Of a stretch of 64,000 nucleotides of DNA, positions 20,574 to 31,625 are shown piece by piece (the first letter of the stretch is position 1; every line of letters starts with the position of its first letter). The DNA is taken from positions 42,721-106,720 of the forward strand of contig JAJCZS010000037.1 in NCBI GenBank assembly GCA_029262275.1. The letters are read 5' to 3'. Both the position numbers and the translations under genes were made by a program. This DNA comes from Deltaproteobacteria bacterium (GTDB lineage Bacteria > Desulfobacterota_D > UBA1144 > Nemesobacterales > UBA2774). The notes beneath the pieces were generated by a model. It was not told where the DNA came from, did not search any database, and worked only from the letters and a program-made list of their open reading frames with translations.

Positions 20574-21125
20574 TTAAGGTTCAATCAAGATCTTCTGACC
20601 TCTTCGGCTTAGATAGATGACATTCATCAATCCGTTCTCGCTGTTTCTAAATGCTACAAAATTTGCATCAGAGACTTTAAGTTGAAGAGAGGCCTCTTCT
20701 ATCGACATTGGTTTTGGGGGCAGTTTATGAATTTTCAAATCTCTCAGTTCGTCACTTTCCGTATCTAACGATAGAGCGGATTCTACTAAGTCTTCTTTAG
20801 ACTTAGCTCCTATTCTTCTTTTCTCTTTAGTTCGTTTCTCAGTCTGCTTTTTTAGTTGTTTTACAATTGTGTCTACAACATCATCAATAGCTGCATACAT
20901 ATCATTGCTTTCAACTGAGCTTGTGGCTTTAATATTTCCAGAGCTTAAAATAATCTCAGCTTTATCTCTGAATTTCTCAGAGGACAATATGAATCTTAAA
21001 TCTGAAGGATCTTTCTCAGAGTTTACGTATCTTTCAATCCTCTTAGTTTTCTTAAGAGCGTATGATTTAATCTTCTCTGAGGTTTTTGTGTCTTTTATGT
21101 GTCTAGTCGTTACCGTTACTTTCAT
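20574..21125 (-). CDS. hpf: Ribosome hibernation promoting factor, long form
   Basis: DMYAAID...QLKK; C-terminal KPMSIEEA..F..F.N..NVIY. Confidence 0.92.
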   Translation of the reverse strand: MKVTVTTRHIKDTKTSEKIKSYALKKTKRIERYVNSEKDPSDLRFILSSEKFRDKAEIILSSGNIKATSSVESNDMYAAIDDVVDTIVKQLKKQTEKRTKEKRRIGAKSKEDLVESALSLDTESDELRDLKIHKLPPKPMSIEEASLQLKVSDANFVAFRNSENGLMNVIYLSRRGQKILIEP

Positions 21126-22593
21126 TTTTGTTTTCCTTGTATTGTCTGGATCTTACAGAAGAAGAAGGTATTTTAAGTATTTTTCTGTATTTTGCAACAG
21201 TTCTTCTTGCAACTTTAATATTTCTTCTTTCGAACATTTTAGATATATCCTCATCAGAATAAGGACTTTCAGGCATCTCACTTGAAATAATATTCTTCAT
21301 AATTGACTTTACGTTTTCAAATGAAATATCTTTTCCCTGTGATGACTCAATTCTCCGTGAGAATAGGGACTTAAGCTCAATTGTTCCCTGAGGGGTTTGG
21401 ATATATCTTCTACTTGTGATTCGGCTTACTGTGGATTCGTGCACTCCGACTGATTGTGCAATATCTTTTAATATAAGGGGCTTAATGTACTCTCTTCCAT
21501 GCTCGAAAAATTCACTCTGAATCTCCACTATTTTAGATAGGATCTTTCTTACAGTTTGTTCACGTTCATCAAGACACTTCATTATTCTTTGCGCTGCTTC
21601 AAGTTTTTCTTTGATGAATTTCTTTGCTTCACGTGGCAGTGTCTTTTCTTTCTTTATGAGGTTTTTGTAGTAATTACTTATTCTGACTTTGGGGAAATCA
21701 CGGTTTAACTGTATTTGTAATTCATCTCCCACATTATAGACGTAGTAATCGGGAACGATATATTTCTCCGAATCTTTTGCAAAAAATGGTCTTCCTGGTC
21801 TTGGTTCAAGGGATGATATAACAGACATTGCCTCTTGTATTTCTTGAGTTGAATCTTGAATCACATCCATTATATTGGTCAAATCGTTTTCATTGAGCTC
21901 TTCGAAATGGTTATCTATGATTCCTATTACTGGCCCATCTTCTGGATACCCTAAATCGAGTGCCTGGATCCTAAGACACTCTTTTAGATTCCTAGAACAA
22001 ACCCCTGTGGGGTCAAAAGATAATTGAATGTCTTGTAAAATTTCACCTGCTATATCAACAAGTGTTTCTTTGGAATCGAGGGAAGAGCCATCTGAATTCT
22101 CATTTATGTATATGCTTACTATTTCTTCGATGTTTGTTTCTAAATAACCATCTTCATTTGTATTGCCTATTATTATTGATGCTATTTCTTTCTCTTGCTC
22201 AGAAAAATCGGACATCTTAAGCTGCCACTTAAGGTGATCGATTAGGGATTCAGAAGAACTAATTCTGTTTTCCCACGGCGTTTCTTCTTGGCTATCATCA
22301 AAGAACTCTCTAGATGAATAATGTGGAACATCATTATCTTGATTTCCAAAGATTCTATCATCACCGATCTTGCTTAAATCAATGTCGTTATCAGAGCTAT
22401 CTTCGGTTTTTTCATTTGTTTCCTGTGACTCTTCTAAAGTGGGGTTCTCAATAAGCTGTTCTTCAAGGTAGTCCTTTAATTCAAGAGTGTTCATTTGAAT
22501 TAACTTCAAGAAAAGCTGAAGGTCTTGAGTTAATATCAGACGCTGTTGAAGAACCTGTCTTTGAGATGTAGTTTGACTTAAATTTGTACTCAT
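21103..22593 (-). CDS. rpoN: RNA polymerase sigma-54 factor
   Basis: Q/L-rich region I, ENP.LE, HESTVSR, RpoN box ARRTVAKYR. Confidence 0.97.
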   Translation of the reverse strand: MSTNLSQTTSQRQVLQQRLILTQDLQLFLKLIQMNTLELKDYLEEQLIENPTLEESQETNEKTEDSSDNDIDLSKIGDDRIFGNQDNDVPHYSSREFFDDSQEETPWENRISSSESLIDHLKWQLKMSDFSEQEKEIASIIIGNTNEDGYLETNIEEIVSIYINENSDGSSLDSKETLVDIAGEILQDIQLSFDPTGVCSRNLKECLRIQALDLGYPEDGPVIGIIDNHFEELNENDLTNIMDVIQDSTQEIQEAMSVISSLEPRPGRPFFAKDSEKYIVPDYYVYNVGDELQIQLNRDFPKVRISNYYKNLIKKEKTLPREAKKFIKEKLEAAQRIMKCLDEREQTVRKILSKIVEIQSEFFEHGREYIKPLILKDIAQSVGVHESTVSRITSRRYIQTPQGTIELKSLFSRRIESSQGKDISFENVKSIMKNIISSEMPESPYSDEDISKMFERRNIKVARRTVAKYRKILKIPSSSVRSRQYKENKNESNGND

Positions 22594-22639
22594 GACTTTC
22601 TTCTATCTATATATATATTGTGGTTTTATTCCCCGTTTA

Positions 22640-22678
22640 ATTATAATATAGCGCAAACTATATACAAGATTCGTGCCA
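22640..22678 (-). promoter_or_regulatory. Sigma54 -24/-12-like site overlapping a sigma70-like promoter of rpoN
   Basis: Minus strand TGGCACGAATCTTGTA (22678-22663; GG-N10-GT) and TTGTAT-16 nt-TATAAT (22667-22640). Confidence 0.7.
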
Positions 22679-22791
22679 CTTAATTTAGTATAGCACAAGA
22701 TTGAGAAGATGTTTGTGTAATAATCTGATATTATTGAGATTTTAATCAGAATTTATATAATTTAGTATTAGTTAGGATAATTTTTTTATAA

Positions 22792-23016
22792 ATGGAGTTG
22801 GGCAAAGTGGGCAAATTAATAATCTATATTGGGATTTTTCTTATAGTTCTTGGAGTGTTAATTCACTTTTATCCTAAGATTCCATTTCTGGGCAAACTTC
22901 CTGGAGATATTTATATAAAAAGGGAAAATGTTTCCTTCTATTTCCCTCTTGCAACATCAATAATAGTAAGCATAGTTCTAAGTTTGGCTCTATATTTATT
23001 ATCCAAGCTTAAGTAG
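22792..23016 (+). CDS. DUF2905-like small membrane protein
   Basis: LGKLPGDI.I.R.N..FYFP..TSII.S signature; two TM segments. Confidence 0.88.
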   Translation: MELGKVGKLIIYIGIFLIVLGVLIHFYPKIPFLGKLPGDIYIKRENVSFYFPLATSIIVSIVLSLALYLLSKLK

Positions 23017-23026
23017 TAGATGGTTT

Positions 23027-23650
23027 TTAAGAAGTGCTATTAGGTATGACCCATTTTCTCTCGCCAGAGTGTTTTTCTTCATAGATTCTTATCTGATCTT
23101 CGTGCTCAAGTGAGTGACCTATGTCATCGAGTCCTTCAATTAAGCTCTTCTTCTTAAATGGGTCAATGTCAAAATTGATAGACCATCCCTCGTCATCGGA
23201 AATGGTTTGAGATCTCAGATCTACTGTAAGCTCATGGCCTTTTTTAGAGTTTACTATCTTAAATAGTTCTTTCACTTTATCTTCAGGTAGGACAATGGGG
23301 AGTATGGCATTTTTAAAGCAGTTGTTATAGAAGATATCAGCAAATGAGGGTGCTATGATAACCTGGAAACCAAATTCCCTAAGTGCCCAGGGGGCATGTT
23401 CTCTTGAGCTTCCACTTCCAAAATTATGGCTAGTAAGAAGTATCTTAGCATCCTGATGATGCTCATGATTGAGCTCGAAATTAGGGTTCGGTGTTCCATC
23501 TTCATGATAGCGCCAGTCAAAGAATAAAAATTCTCCAAAACCAGTTCTCTCAACCCTTTTTAAGAACTGCTTGGGGATTATTTGATCAGTGTCCACATTT
23601 ATTCTGTCCAGTGGGGCTACAATTCCATGTACTCTTTCTAGTGGTTCCAT
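23027..23650 (-). CDS. leuD: 3-isopropylmalate dehydratase small subunit
   Basis: NVDTDQIIPKQFL, NFGSGSSREHAPW, FADIF.NN. Confidence 0.97.
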   Translation of the reverse strand: MEPLERVHGIVAPLDRINVDTDQIIPKQFLKRVERTGFGEFLFFDWRYHEDGTPNPNFELNHEHHQDAKILLTSHNFGSGSSREHAPWALREFGFQVIIAPSFADIFYNNCFKNAILPIVLPEDKVKELFKIVNSKKGHELTVDLRSQTISDDEGWSINFDIDPFKKKSLIEGLDDIGHSLEHEDQIRIYEEKHSGERKWVIPNSTS

Positions 23651-23662
23651 TTTAGTTCCTCT

Positions 23663-25087
23663 TTATAGTTCTTTGTCTAAGTCCCAATCTCGTACATCTA
23701 CAAAATGTCCTTCGATCGCAGCAGCAGCAGCCATCTCAGGGCTAACAAGATGTGTTCTTCCGCCTTTACCCTGGCGTCCTTCAAAGTTTCTGTTGGAGGT
23801 ACTTGCACATCTCTCTCCAGGTTCAAGTATGTCAGGGTTCATTCCAAGACACATGCTGCAACCTGACTCTCTCCAATCAAAGCCTGCATCCTTAAACACT
23901 TTATCAAGCCCCATTTTCTCAGCCTGCCACTTAATCATTTGTGATCCTGGTACAACCATTGCACTTACTGTAGGAGCTACTTTCCTACCTTTCACAACTC
24001 TTGCAGCTTGGGTTAAATCTTGAATTCTTGCATTAGTGCATGATCCAATAAATACTCGGTCTAATTTTATATCTTCTATAGGGGTTCCCGGATTGAGGCC
24101 CATATATTCTAGTGCGCTAATTGTAGCTTTCTTGTCATTTTCGTTTTCAATTTGATCTGGATCAGGAATCTTTGCAGTTACGTCTAATACCATCCCAGGG
24201 TTGGTTCCCCAGCTTACCTGCGGTACTATTTTTGCGGCATCAAGGGTGAGTGATTTATCAAAATGTGCACCTTCGTCTGTTTTAAGCTCTCTCCATTGCT
24301 CTAAAGCTTTATCCCACTCTTCTCCAGTCGGAGCAAATTTACGTCCTTTAACATACTCAAAGGTTTTCTCGTCTGGAGCAATCATTCCAGCTCTAGCTCC
24401 TGCTTCAATGGACATGTTACAAACTGTCATTCTCTCTTCCATTGTAAGAGCCTCTATGGCCGAGCCTCTGTATTCAACAACGTTGCCTGTTGCTCCTGCT
24501 GTTCCGATTTGACCTATGATATTTAATATGATGTCTTTTGCAGTAACGCCGTAACCGCGTTCTCCCTCGACTCTAATTTCAAACTCGCCGGGTTTATTCT
24601 GTCTTAAGCACTGTGTTGCAAGTACGTGCTCTACTTCGCTGGTTCCTATACCAAAGGCGAGGGATCCAAAAGCGCCGTGTGTCGAAGTATGGCTGTCTCC
24701 ACAAACTATCGTCATCCCAGGTTTGGTAAGCCCAAGTTCAGGTCCTATTATATGAACAATTCCCTGCAAATCGCTGTTTACATTTAGTCCAAATAACGGA
24801 ACGCCAAACTCTTCACAGTTTTGCTCTAGAACTTCGATCTGTCTTGCCGAAATAGGATCTTCTATAGGAATTGATCTATCCGTGGTAGGAACATTGTGAT
24901 CCATAGTTGCATAAGTTAAGTCAGGTCTTCTTACTATGCGGTCAGATAACCTGAGTCCTTCGAAAGCCTGTGGGGAAGTAACTTCATGTACAAGGTGTAA
25001 GTCTATGTATATGAGAGTCGGCTGTCCTTCCTCTTCAAAGACCACATGTTGTTCCCAAATTTTATCAAAAAGTGTTCTTGATGACAT
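23663..25087 (-). CDS. leuC: 3-isopropylmalate dehydratase large subunit
   Basis: [38 protein letters not shown]. Confidence 0.97.
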   Translation of the reverse strand: MSSRTLFDKIWEQHVVFEEEGQPTLIYIDLHLVHEVTSPQAFEGLRLSDRIVRRPDLTYATMDHNVPTTDRSIPIEDPISARQIEVLEQNCEEFGVPLFGLNVNSDLQGIVHIIGPELGLTKPGMTIVCGDSHTSTHGAFGSLAFGIGTSEVEHVLATQCLRQNKPGEFEIRVEGERGYGVTAKDIILNIIGQIGTAGATGNVVEYRGSAIEALTMEERMTVCNMSIEAGARAGMIAPDEKTFEYVKGRKFAPTGEEWDKALEQWRELKTDEGAHFDKSLTLDAAKIVPQVSWGTNPGMVLDVTAKIPDPDQIENENDKKATISALEYMGLNPGTPIEDIKLDRVFIGSCTNARIQDLTQAARVVKGRKVAPTVSAMVVPGSQMIKWQAEKMGLDKVFKDAGFDWRESGCSMCLGMNPDILEPGERCASTSNRNFEGRQGKGGRTHLVSPEMAAAAAIEGHFVDVRDWDLDKEL

Positions 25088-25209
25088 ATCTTTATCCTTT
25101 TATATTGTGGTAAGCCTTTAATTATACACAATAAATATCATTTTTTGTTTTAAGCGAGTATGTAGCGCTAAAGAAAAAATATATACGAATCTGAAATTAT
25201 CAAGATTTA

Positions 25210-26502
<1,293 letters not shown>

Positions 26503-26622
26503 TCACTCTAGGCTAAGGGAAATTACCATATCAACTTGTAGCTATCAAATCGGGTAAATTATTATCGTAAATTATGTTGTTGGAAAAGTAACATTAGTTC
26601 GGTACAATCTTAAACTCTTAAA

Positions 26623-28461
26623 ATGACGGATAAGGAAATAAATATGAAATTTGTTCTAAACACAATAAAAGCTCTAAGGTTTATTTATCTTTTACCCATC
26701 TTGTTGGTTGTTGCATGTTCGGTTGGTGATGGATCATCTCCGGGAACCATAACCGATCTGACTTCAACCGAGGTTAGCAGATTGCTTAATTGGACTGCTC
26801 CGGGAGACAAAGGGAACCAGGGTAGGGCTACTATATATTTCATTAGGTTCTATGATGATGAAGAAGTAGCTGAGATCCTGGGTGTGCCTAACTTAGATGG
26901 AGTACCTTTTCTAGTAATTGAGGAGGCTGTACGAGACAATTATGACAAAGCCACTCAAATACCAGATTTTCAACGTCCTGATGTGGCAGGAACACCACAA
27001 GAATTTGTTACCCCAAGACTTGATACAAGTGGGGAGACGAGCTATTACTATGCAATTCGTACGAATGACGAAGTTGGGAATTCTTCTCAGCCTTCAAATG
27101 TTGCAGAATTAACTACACCTTTTCAATCAGTCAAATACGTAAGTGAAAATGCAGAAAGTTGCTTGGGGGAGGCAATTGGCGCTGGGAACTTTAATGGGGA
27201 CCGCGAAGATGACGGAGAATTTCTAAATGACTATGCTATTGGTGATCCGTGTCGTGGAAGAGTCTATATCTTCTTTGGACAAAATGATTTGACCAACGAT
27301 GGTAGTACTGTTATCGATGTGTCGACCGCAGATGTAACTGTAATTGGTAATGTGGCCGATGAATTCGGTGCCTCACTTGCGGGAATACCTAGTTTTGAGG
27401 GTAATTTCAGAACAGATGAGCTTGTGATTGGAGCCCCTGGATTTGATAATGGAAGGGGAAAAGTCTTTGTTATATTCGGAAGTACAGACTTACCTAGTGT
27501 ATTAGATTTGTCAGACCCTGATGTTGACCGTATTGAGGTTACAGGAGAAAACGCTGGAGATAATTTCGGTTTTGCCGTAGCGGATGGAACTAGTGTGACT
27601 AACGGGTCCGGACTCTTTATGGTTGGAGCCCCTTTCTTTGCTGCTGATACCGGAAGGGCATATATCTTTAGGGGTAACGGACTTTCTAGGAATCAAGTAC
27701 TTCCGGCAACAGATGCTGGAGCTACTTTTACCGGTCAGCTCCCAGGAGGTTTATTTGGCTTTGATATTGAGAACGTGGGAAGAATGCGCAGAAACAGTTT
27801 TGATGAGTTTGGAATTGGGGCGCCTGGCATATCAAGAGCCTACGTGATATTAGGTCAGGATAACATTAGTAGTAGAGATTTAGCTTTTGATACTCAGAAC
27901 GTTGTTATTCTCGAAGTAGATGGAGATGATGGTTTTGGTATGAGTCTTTCTGGAGATGGAGACATAGATCAAGACGGCGAGGAAAGGGATGATTTAATAG
28001 TTGGTGCTCCGGATGCAAACATGTCTACGGGCTCAGTTTATTTATATTCTGGCGATGATATAGATACAGCACTAGAAGATGGTACTACCCCGCCAATTGA
28101 AACTGAATTTACTGGAATCAACCCTGGAGATAGATTTGGAACTTCTGTAAGTGTTATGCCTCAATTAAACTTTGAGTTAGAGAAGAGGAATAGAGATACT
28201 GCAATAGTCCTTATATTAGAACCTATTAATGCTGCTTTTGGCGTTGGTGCTCCCGGAACAACAAACGGCATAGTCTATTTGTTTTTCGGACAGCCTGATT
28301 TCCCTTCAATGGTCTCGGCTACTGATGCAAATGTAGATATTTTGGGCCAAGCAGGGGAAACCAATTTTGGTAAAGAGGTAAATGGAATTGGGGATACGAA
28401 TGCCGATATGTTTGAAGATTTCGGTGTTGGTGGTGATGAGTTTATGAGTGTTGTTTATTAG
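26623..28461 (+). CDS. Lipoprotein with FN3-like domain and FG-GAP (integrin-alpha-like) repeats
   Basis: Lipobox LVVAC; WTAPGD..G.A..Y; repeated FG.S...GAP...G.VY.F.G units. Confidence 0.8.
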   Translation: MTDKEINMKFVLNTIKALRFIYLLPILLVVACSVGDGSSPGTITDLTSTEVSRLLNWTAPGDKGNQGRATIYFIRFYDDEEVAEILGVPNLDGVPFLVIEEAVRDNYDKATQIPDFQRPDVAGTPQEFVTPRLDTSGETSYYYAIRTNDEVGNSSQPSNVAELTTPFQSVKYVSENAESCLGEAIGAGNFNGDREDDGEFLNDYAIGDPCRGRVYIFFGQNDLTNDGSTVIDVSTADVTVIGNVADEFGASLAGIPSFEGNFRTDELVIGAPGFDNGRGKVFVIFGSTDLPSVLDLSDPDVDRIEVTGENAGDNFGFAVADGTSVTNGSGLFMVGAPFFAADTGRAYIFRGNGLSRNQVLPATDAGATFTGQLPGGLFGFDIENVGRMRRNSFDEFGIGAPGISRAYVILGQDNISSRDLAFDTQNVVILEVDGDDGFGMSLSGDGDIDQDGEERDDLIVGAPDANMSTGSVYLYSGDDIDTALEDGTTPPIETEFTGINPGDRFGTSVSVMPQLNFELEKRNRDTAIVLILEPINAAFGVGAPGTTNGIVYLFFGQPDFPSMVSATDANVDILGQAGETNFGKEVNGIGDTNADMFEDFGVGGDEFMSVVY

Positions 28462-29162
28462 TTCTGGCTTTGCTGTCTTTTATCCTCTACTATGTAGCCG
28501 TCTTTAAACGTTATAATCCTATTCCCATATTGAGCAATGTCCTGCTCATGAGTTATCATAATTATTGTTTTTCCATTCTTATTTAGATCTCTAAAAATTC
28601 CCATTATTTCTGCGCTTGTTTGAGAATCAAGGTTCCCCGTAGGCTCGTCGGCCAGTATTATGCTGGGATTATTTACAATTGCTCTTGCAATTGCTACTCG
28701 CTGTTGCTGACCACCAGAGAGCTGAGAGGGCAGGTGATGTTCTCTTCCATTTAGTCCAACCATAGATATTGCTTGATTTGCAAGCTCTGACCTTTTCTTA
28801 GCTTCCGTGTTGTTATAAATCATTGGGAGCTCTACATTCTCAATTGCAGTTGTTCTGGCAAGCAAGTTAAAGCTTTGAAAAACAAAACCGATCTTAATAT
28901 TTCTAATCTCTGCCAACTCATCTGTATCTAAAGAGGAGACCTGGTTGCTATCAAGAAAATATTCACCTCTTGTAGGTTTATCTAGACATCCTATGATATT
29001 CATAAACGTACTTTTGCCCGAGCCAGAAGCACCCATTATGGATACAAAGTCTCCATTTTCTATTTCTAAGGAAATACCCTTGAGAGCTTTCACTTGAATA
29101 TCTCCCAAATCATATGTCTTATGGATATCTCTTGCTTCTATTACAGGGCTATTGTTGCTCAT
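28458..29162 (-). CDS. ABC transporter ATP-binding protein (MacB/LolD-like)
   Basis: GASGSGKS, LSGGQQQRVAIARA, ADEPTGNLD. Confidence 0.95.
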   Translation of the reverse strand: MSNNSPVIEARDIHKTYDLGDIQVKALKGISLEIENGDFVSIMGASGSGKSTFMNIIGCLDKPTRGEYFLDSNQVSSLDTDELAEIRNIKIGFVFQSFNLLARTTAIENVELPMIYNNTEAKKRSELANQAISMVGLNGREHHLPSQLSGGQQQRVAIARAIVNNPSIILADEPTGNLDSQTSAEIMGIFRDLNKNGKTIIMITHEQDIAQYGNRIITFKDGYIVEDKRQQSQN

Positions 29163-29165
29163 TTA

Positions 29166-30314
29166 TTAGAATCTCTTTGGTTGAGGTAGGTAGGAGGCGT
29201 TCTTTCCTCCGTTGTTCTTAATGATGGCCTCTACAATTACTTCGTCACCTTCATCAATATCTCCATCCATTATTTCAGTGTATCTGCCGTCACCTATACC
29301 AGGTTTTACTAAGAGTGGTTTAATTAGCCCGTTCTTAGCGGGCACCCATACGTGCGGCTTAATATTTATATCTACATCATTTGTTTCTATTAGAGCAGTT
29401 GAGGGTGGGATAAACCTAAGGGCCGATGTGGGTACACGCAATGCATCCTTTTTCTCTGCCACTATTACTTTTACATCAGCAGTCATTCCTGGTTTTAATG
29501 TGCCTTTGTCATTCTCGATTGAAATAACCACATTATAGGTAACTACATTATTATTAGTTATAGGTTCATTTCTTATTTGATACACTGTGCCTTCAAAAGT
29601 TTGATTGGGAAACGCGTCAACTGTAAAGAATGCCTTTTGGTCCTTTTGAATTTTCCCTATATCTGCCTCGCTTACATTTGTATCTATTTTCATTTTAGAT
29701 AATTCTTGGGATATCAAAAATAGGGGCTTTCCGTTTGGAGTAACATTCTCCCCTGTATTTATATTTCGGGAAAGTACAATTCCATCTATAGGTGAGCGGA
29801 TGGTTGTATTGTTTAAATTAGATTCATTAATTTCAATCGTTGCATTGGACTGTTCTAATGCTGCTAACGCTGATAGGTATTTTGATTGTGAATCATCCAG
29901 CTCTTCTTTTGAGATCAGTCTCTTTTCATAGAGATCTTTGTTTGTTTTATATACAGAGTTTGTAAGATTGAAATCAGACTGTGCTTTATTTTTGTCAGCT
30001 TGAGCACGTTTTAGCTCGGTCTCTATCTTGTAAGGGTCAATTTCTAAAAGCGGATCGCCTTTTTGAACTTTAGAGTTATAGTCTACAAAAACAGTTTTTG
30101 CGTAGCCTGAAACTTGTGATCCAACCTCGATAGTCTTAAGTGGGTTTATTGTCCCTGATGAGGTTATTTGAGACGTTATATTGTTTTTGTCTACCTCTGC
30201 AGTTACATAAACTATAGATGAGTCACTATCACTAAAAAACCGGGGGACTATAAATATAGCAGCTACGATTATTACAAATAATCCTATGTATAATTTACTG
30301 TTCTTGAGGTTCAT
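29166..30314 (-). CDS. Membrane fusion protein, MacA-like
   Basis: VGSQVSG, IRSPIDG, VSEADIG, DAFP, LKPGMTA. Confidence 0.92.
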   Translation of the reverse strand: MNLKNSKLYIGLFVIIVAAIFIVPRFFSDSDSSIVYVTAEVDKNNITSQITSSGTINPLKTIEVGSQVSGYAKTVFVDYNSKVQKGDPLLEIDPYKIETELKRAQADKNKAQSDFNLTNSVYKTNKDLYEKRLISKEELDDSQSKYLSALAALEQSNATIEINESNLNNTTIRSPIDGIVLSRNINTGENVTPNGKPLFLISQELSKMKIDTNVSEADIGKIQKDQKAFFTVDAFPNQTFEGTVYQIRNEPITNNNVVTYNVVISIENDKGTLKPGMTADVKVIVAEKKDALRVPTSALRFIPPSTALIETNDVDINIKPHVWVPAKNGLIKPLLVKPGIGDGRYTEIMDGDIDEGDEVIVEAIIKNNGGKNASYLPQPKRF

Positions 30315-31581
30315 CTATCTCCCCTGTGGCTCTTTCTAATCTGGCAACGTTAATATTGTAGTTGTAAATTGACTGCAAATACTTTGCTTTAGAGATAGCA
30401 AAGAGTGCTTCAGCTTCTGCTAATTCTACTGAAGAAGCTCTAGCCAGATTATACCTTTCTCTAGCAAGGAGCAAACTTTGCTCAGCTGATTCTTTTGTTC
30501 TCTTCGTCACTATAATATTTTCTTTTGAGAACTCAAGGTCCAAATATAAATGCTTTATTTGTGATACAATTGCTGCTCTAGTTGATCTTAGCTCAGCCTT
30601 TGTGCGCCTTAGATTGGCTTTTGAATCTTCTACTTGGGCAAATCTGGAAAAGCCCTCAAATATAGGAAATTTTACACCCACACCTGCAATGAAGCCTGGG
30701 GTTTCTGCTCCCTTTCCCTCAAACCTATATGCAGTTCTTCCAAAGACTTCAGGATAAAATTCTCTCTTAGAAGCCTTTAAATTAGCCCTCATTGCAACTT
30801 TCTGAGCCTCAAGACTTTTTAATTCCGCTCTTGAGCCTAAAGCCTGTATTATCGATTCTTCGAGCTGATAGGACACAACTGAGAGATCAGAAGAATCTTC
30901 AAGCTCATAGCCGAACGTGGCATCTTCTATACCCATTGTTGTTTGAAGATTTACTTTTGCTACTGCTAAGTTGTTTCTGGCCGCTATATGCTCAAGCTTA
31001 GCATTGCCTAGGTTTACTTCTGCTTTGGTAACTTCTGTTTGTGGAATTCTTCCTGACTTATAAAAACCCTCGGCCTGCTCCAAGCGTCTCTCAGACTCAA
31101 TTACTTTTTTCTCTAGTGCGGTTGCAATGTGTCTTTCTGATAGAACGGTATAATAGCCAATGATGGTACTTAAAATTATGTCATTCTTAGTAGAATCTTT
31201 ATCAAACTCCCTTGCTTTCATAATTGCTTTTGTTGATTTAACTCGGCTTGAAGTGCGACCAAAGTCGTATATTAGCTGATCTAAAAAGAATCCAGATTCA
31301 CGCCCAATGAAGGGGACAATGATTCTTGAACTTATTTGAGGATAATATGCTGATTTAGCATTCTTAACACCTGCTTTAGATATATCAAAGTTTGCATCAG
31401 ATATCGTTATTGCAGGATTATTCTCAATAGCTAGATCAATAGCCTGGTTAAGAGTAATTACTTCTTCCTCTTGGGCCTGAGCGTATATATTTCCTAGTAT
31501 AAAAGAAATTAATATTAGGAGTACTTTATAACGAGCTTTCATTTTATAATCCTTAATTTCAAATGAATAATATGACTTCAA
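30295..31581 (-). CDS. TolC family outer membrane factor
   Basis: AIENNP, YYP, IYDFGR, FPIFEGF, LERATG. True start is probably the later ATG (MKARYK). Confidence 0.9.
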   Translation of the reverse strand: MKSYYSFEIKDYKMKARYKVLLILISFILGNIYAQAQEEEVITLNQAIDLAIENNPAITISDANFDISKAGVKNAKSAYYPQISSRIIVPFIGRESGFFLDQLIYDFGRTSSRVKSTKAIMKAREFDKDSTKNDIILSTIIGYYTVLSERHIATALEKKVIESERRLEQAEGFYKSGRIPQTEVTKAEVNLGNAKLEHIAARNNLAVAKVNLQTTMGIEDATFGYELEDSSDLSVVSYQLEESIIQALGSRAELKSLEAQKVAMRANLKASKREFYPEVFGRTAYRFEGKGAETPGFIAGVGVKFPIFEGFSRFAQVEDSKANLRRTKAELRSTRAAIVSQIKHLYLDLEFSKENIIVTKRTKESAEQSLLLARERYNLARASSVELAEAEALFAISKAKYLQSIYNYNINVARLERATGEIDEPQEQ

Positions 31582-31625
31582 AACATATACGTTGCAACAT
31601 TTTTTTCATACCGTAAAATACTTTC

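Noticed and set aside
25088-25209. Leucine attenuator or T-box before leuC
   Set aside because: No Leu-rich leader ORF, T-box sequence or terminator seen; only an extended -10-like TGTGTATAAT.
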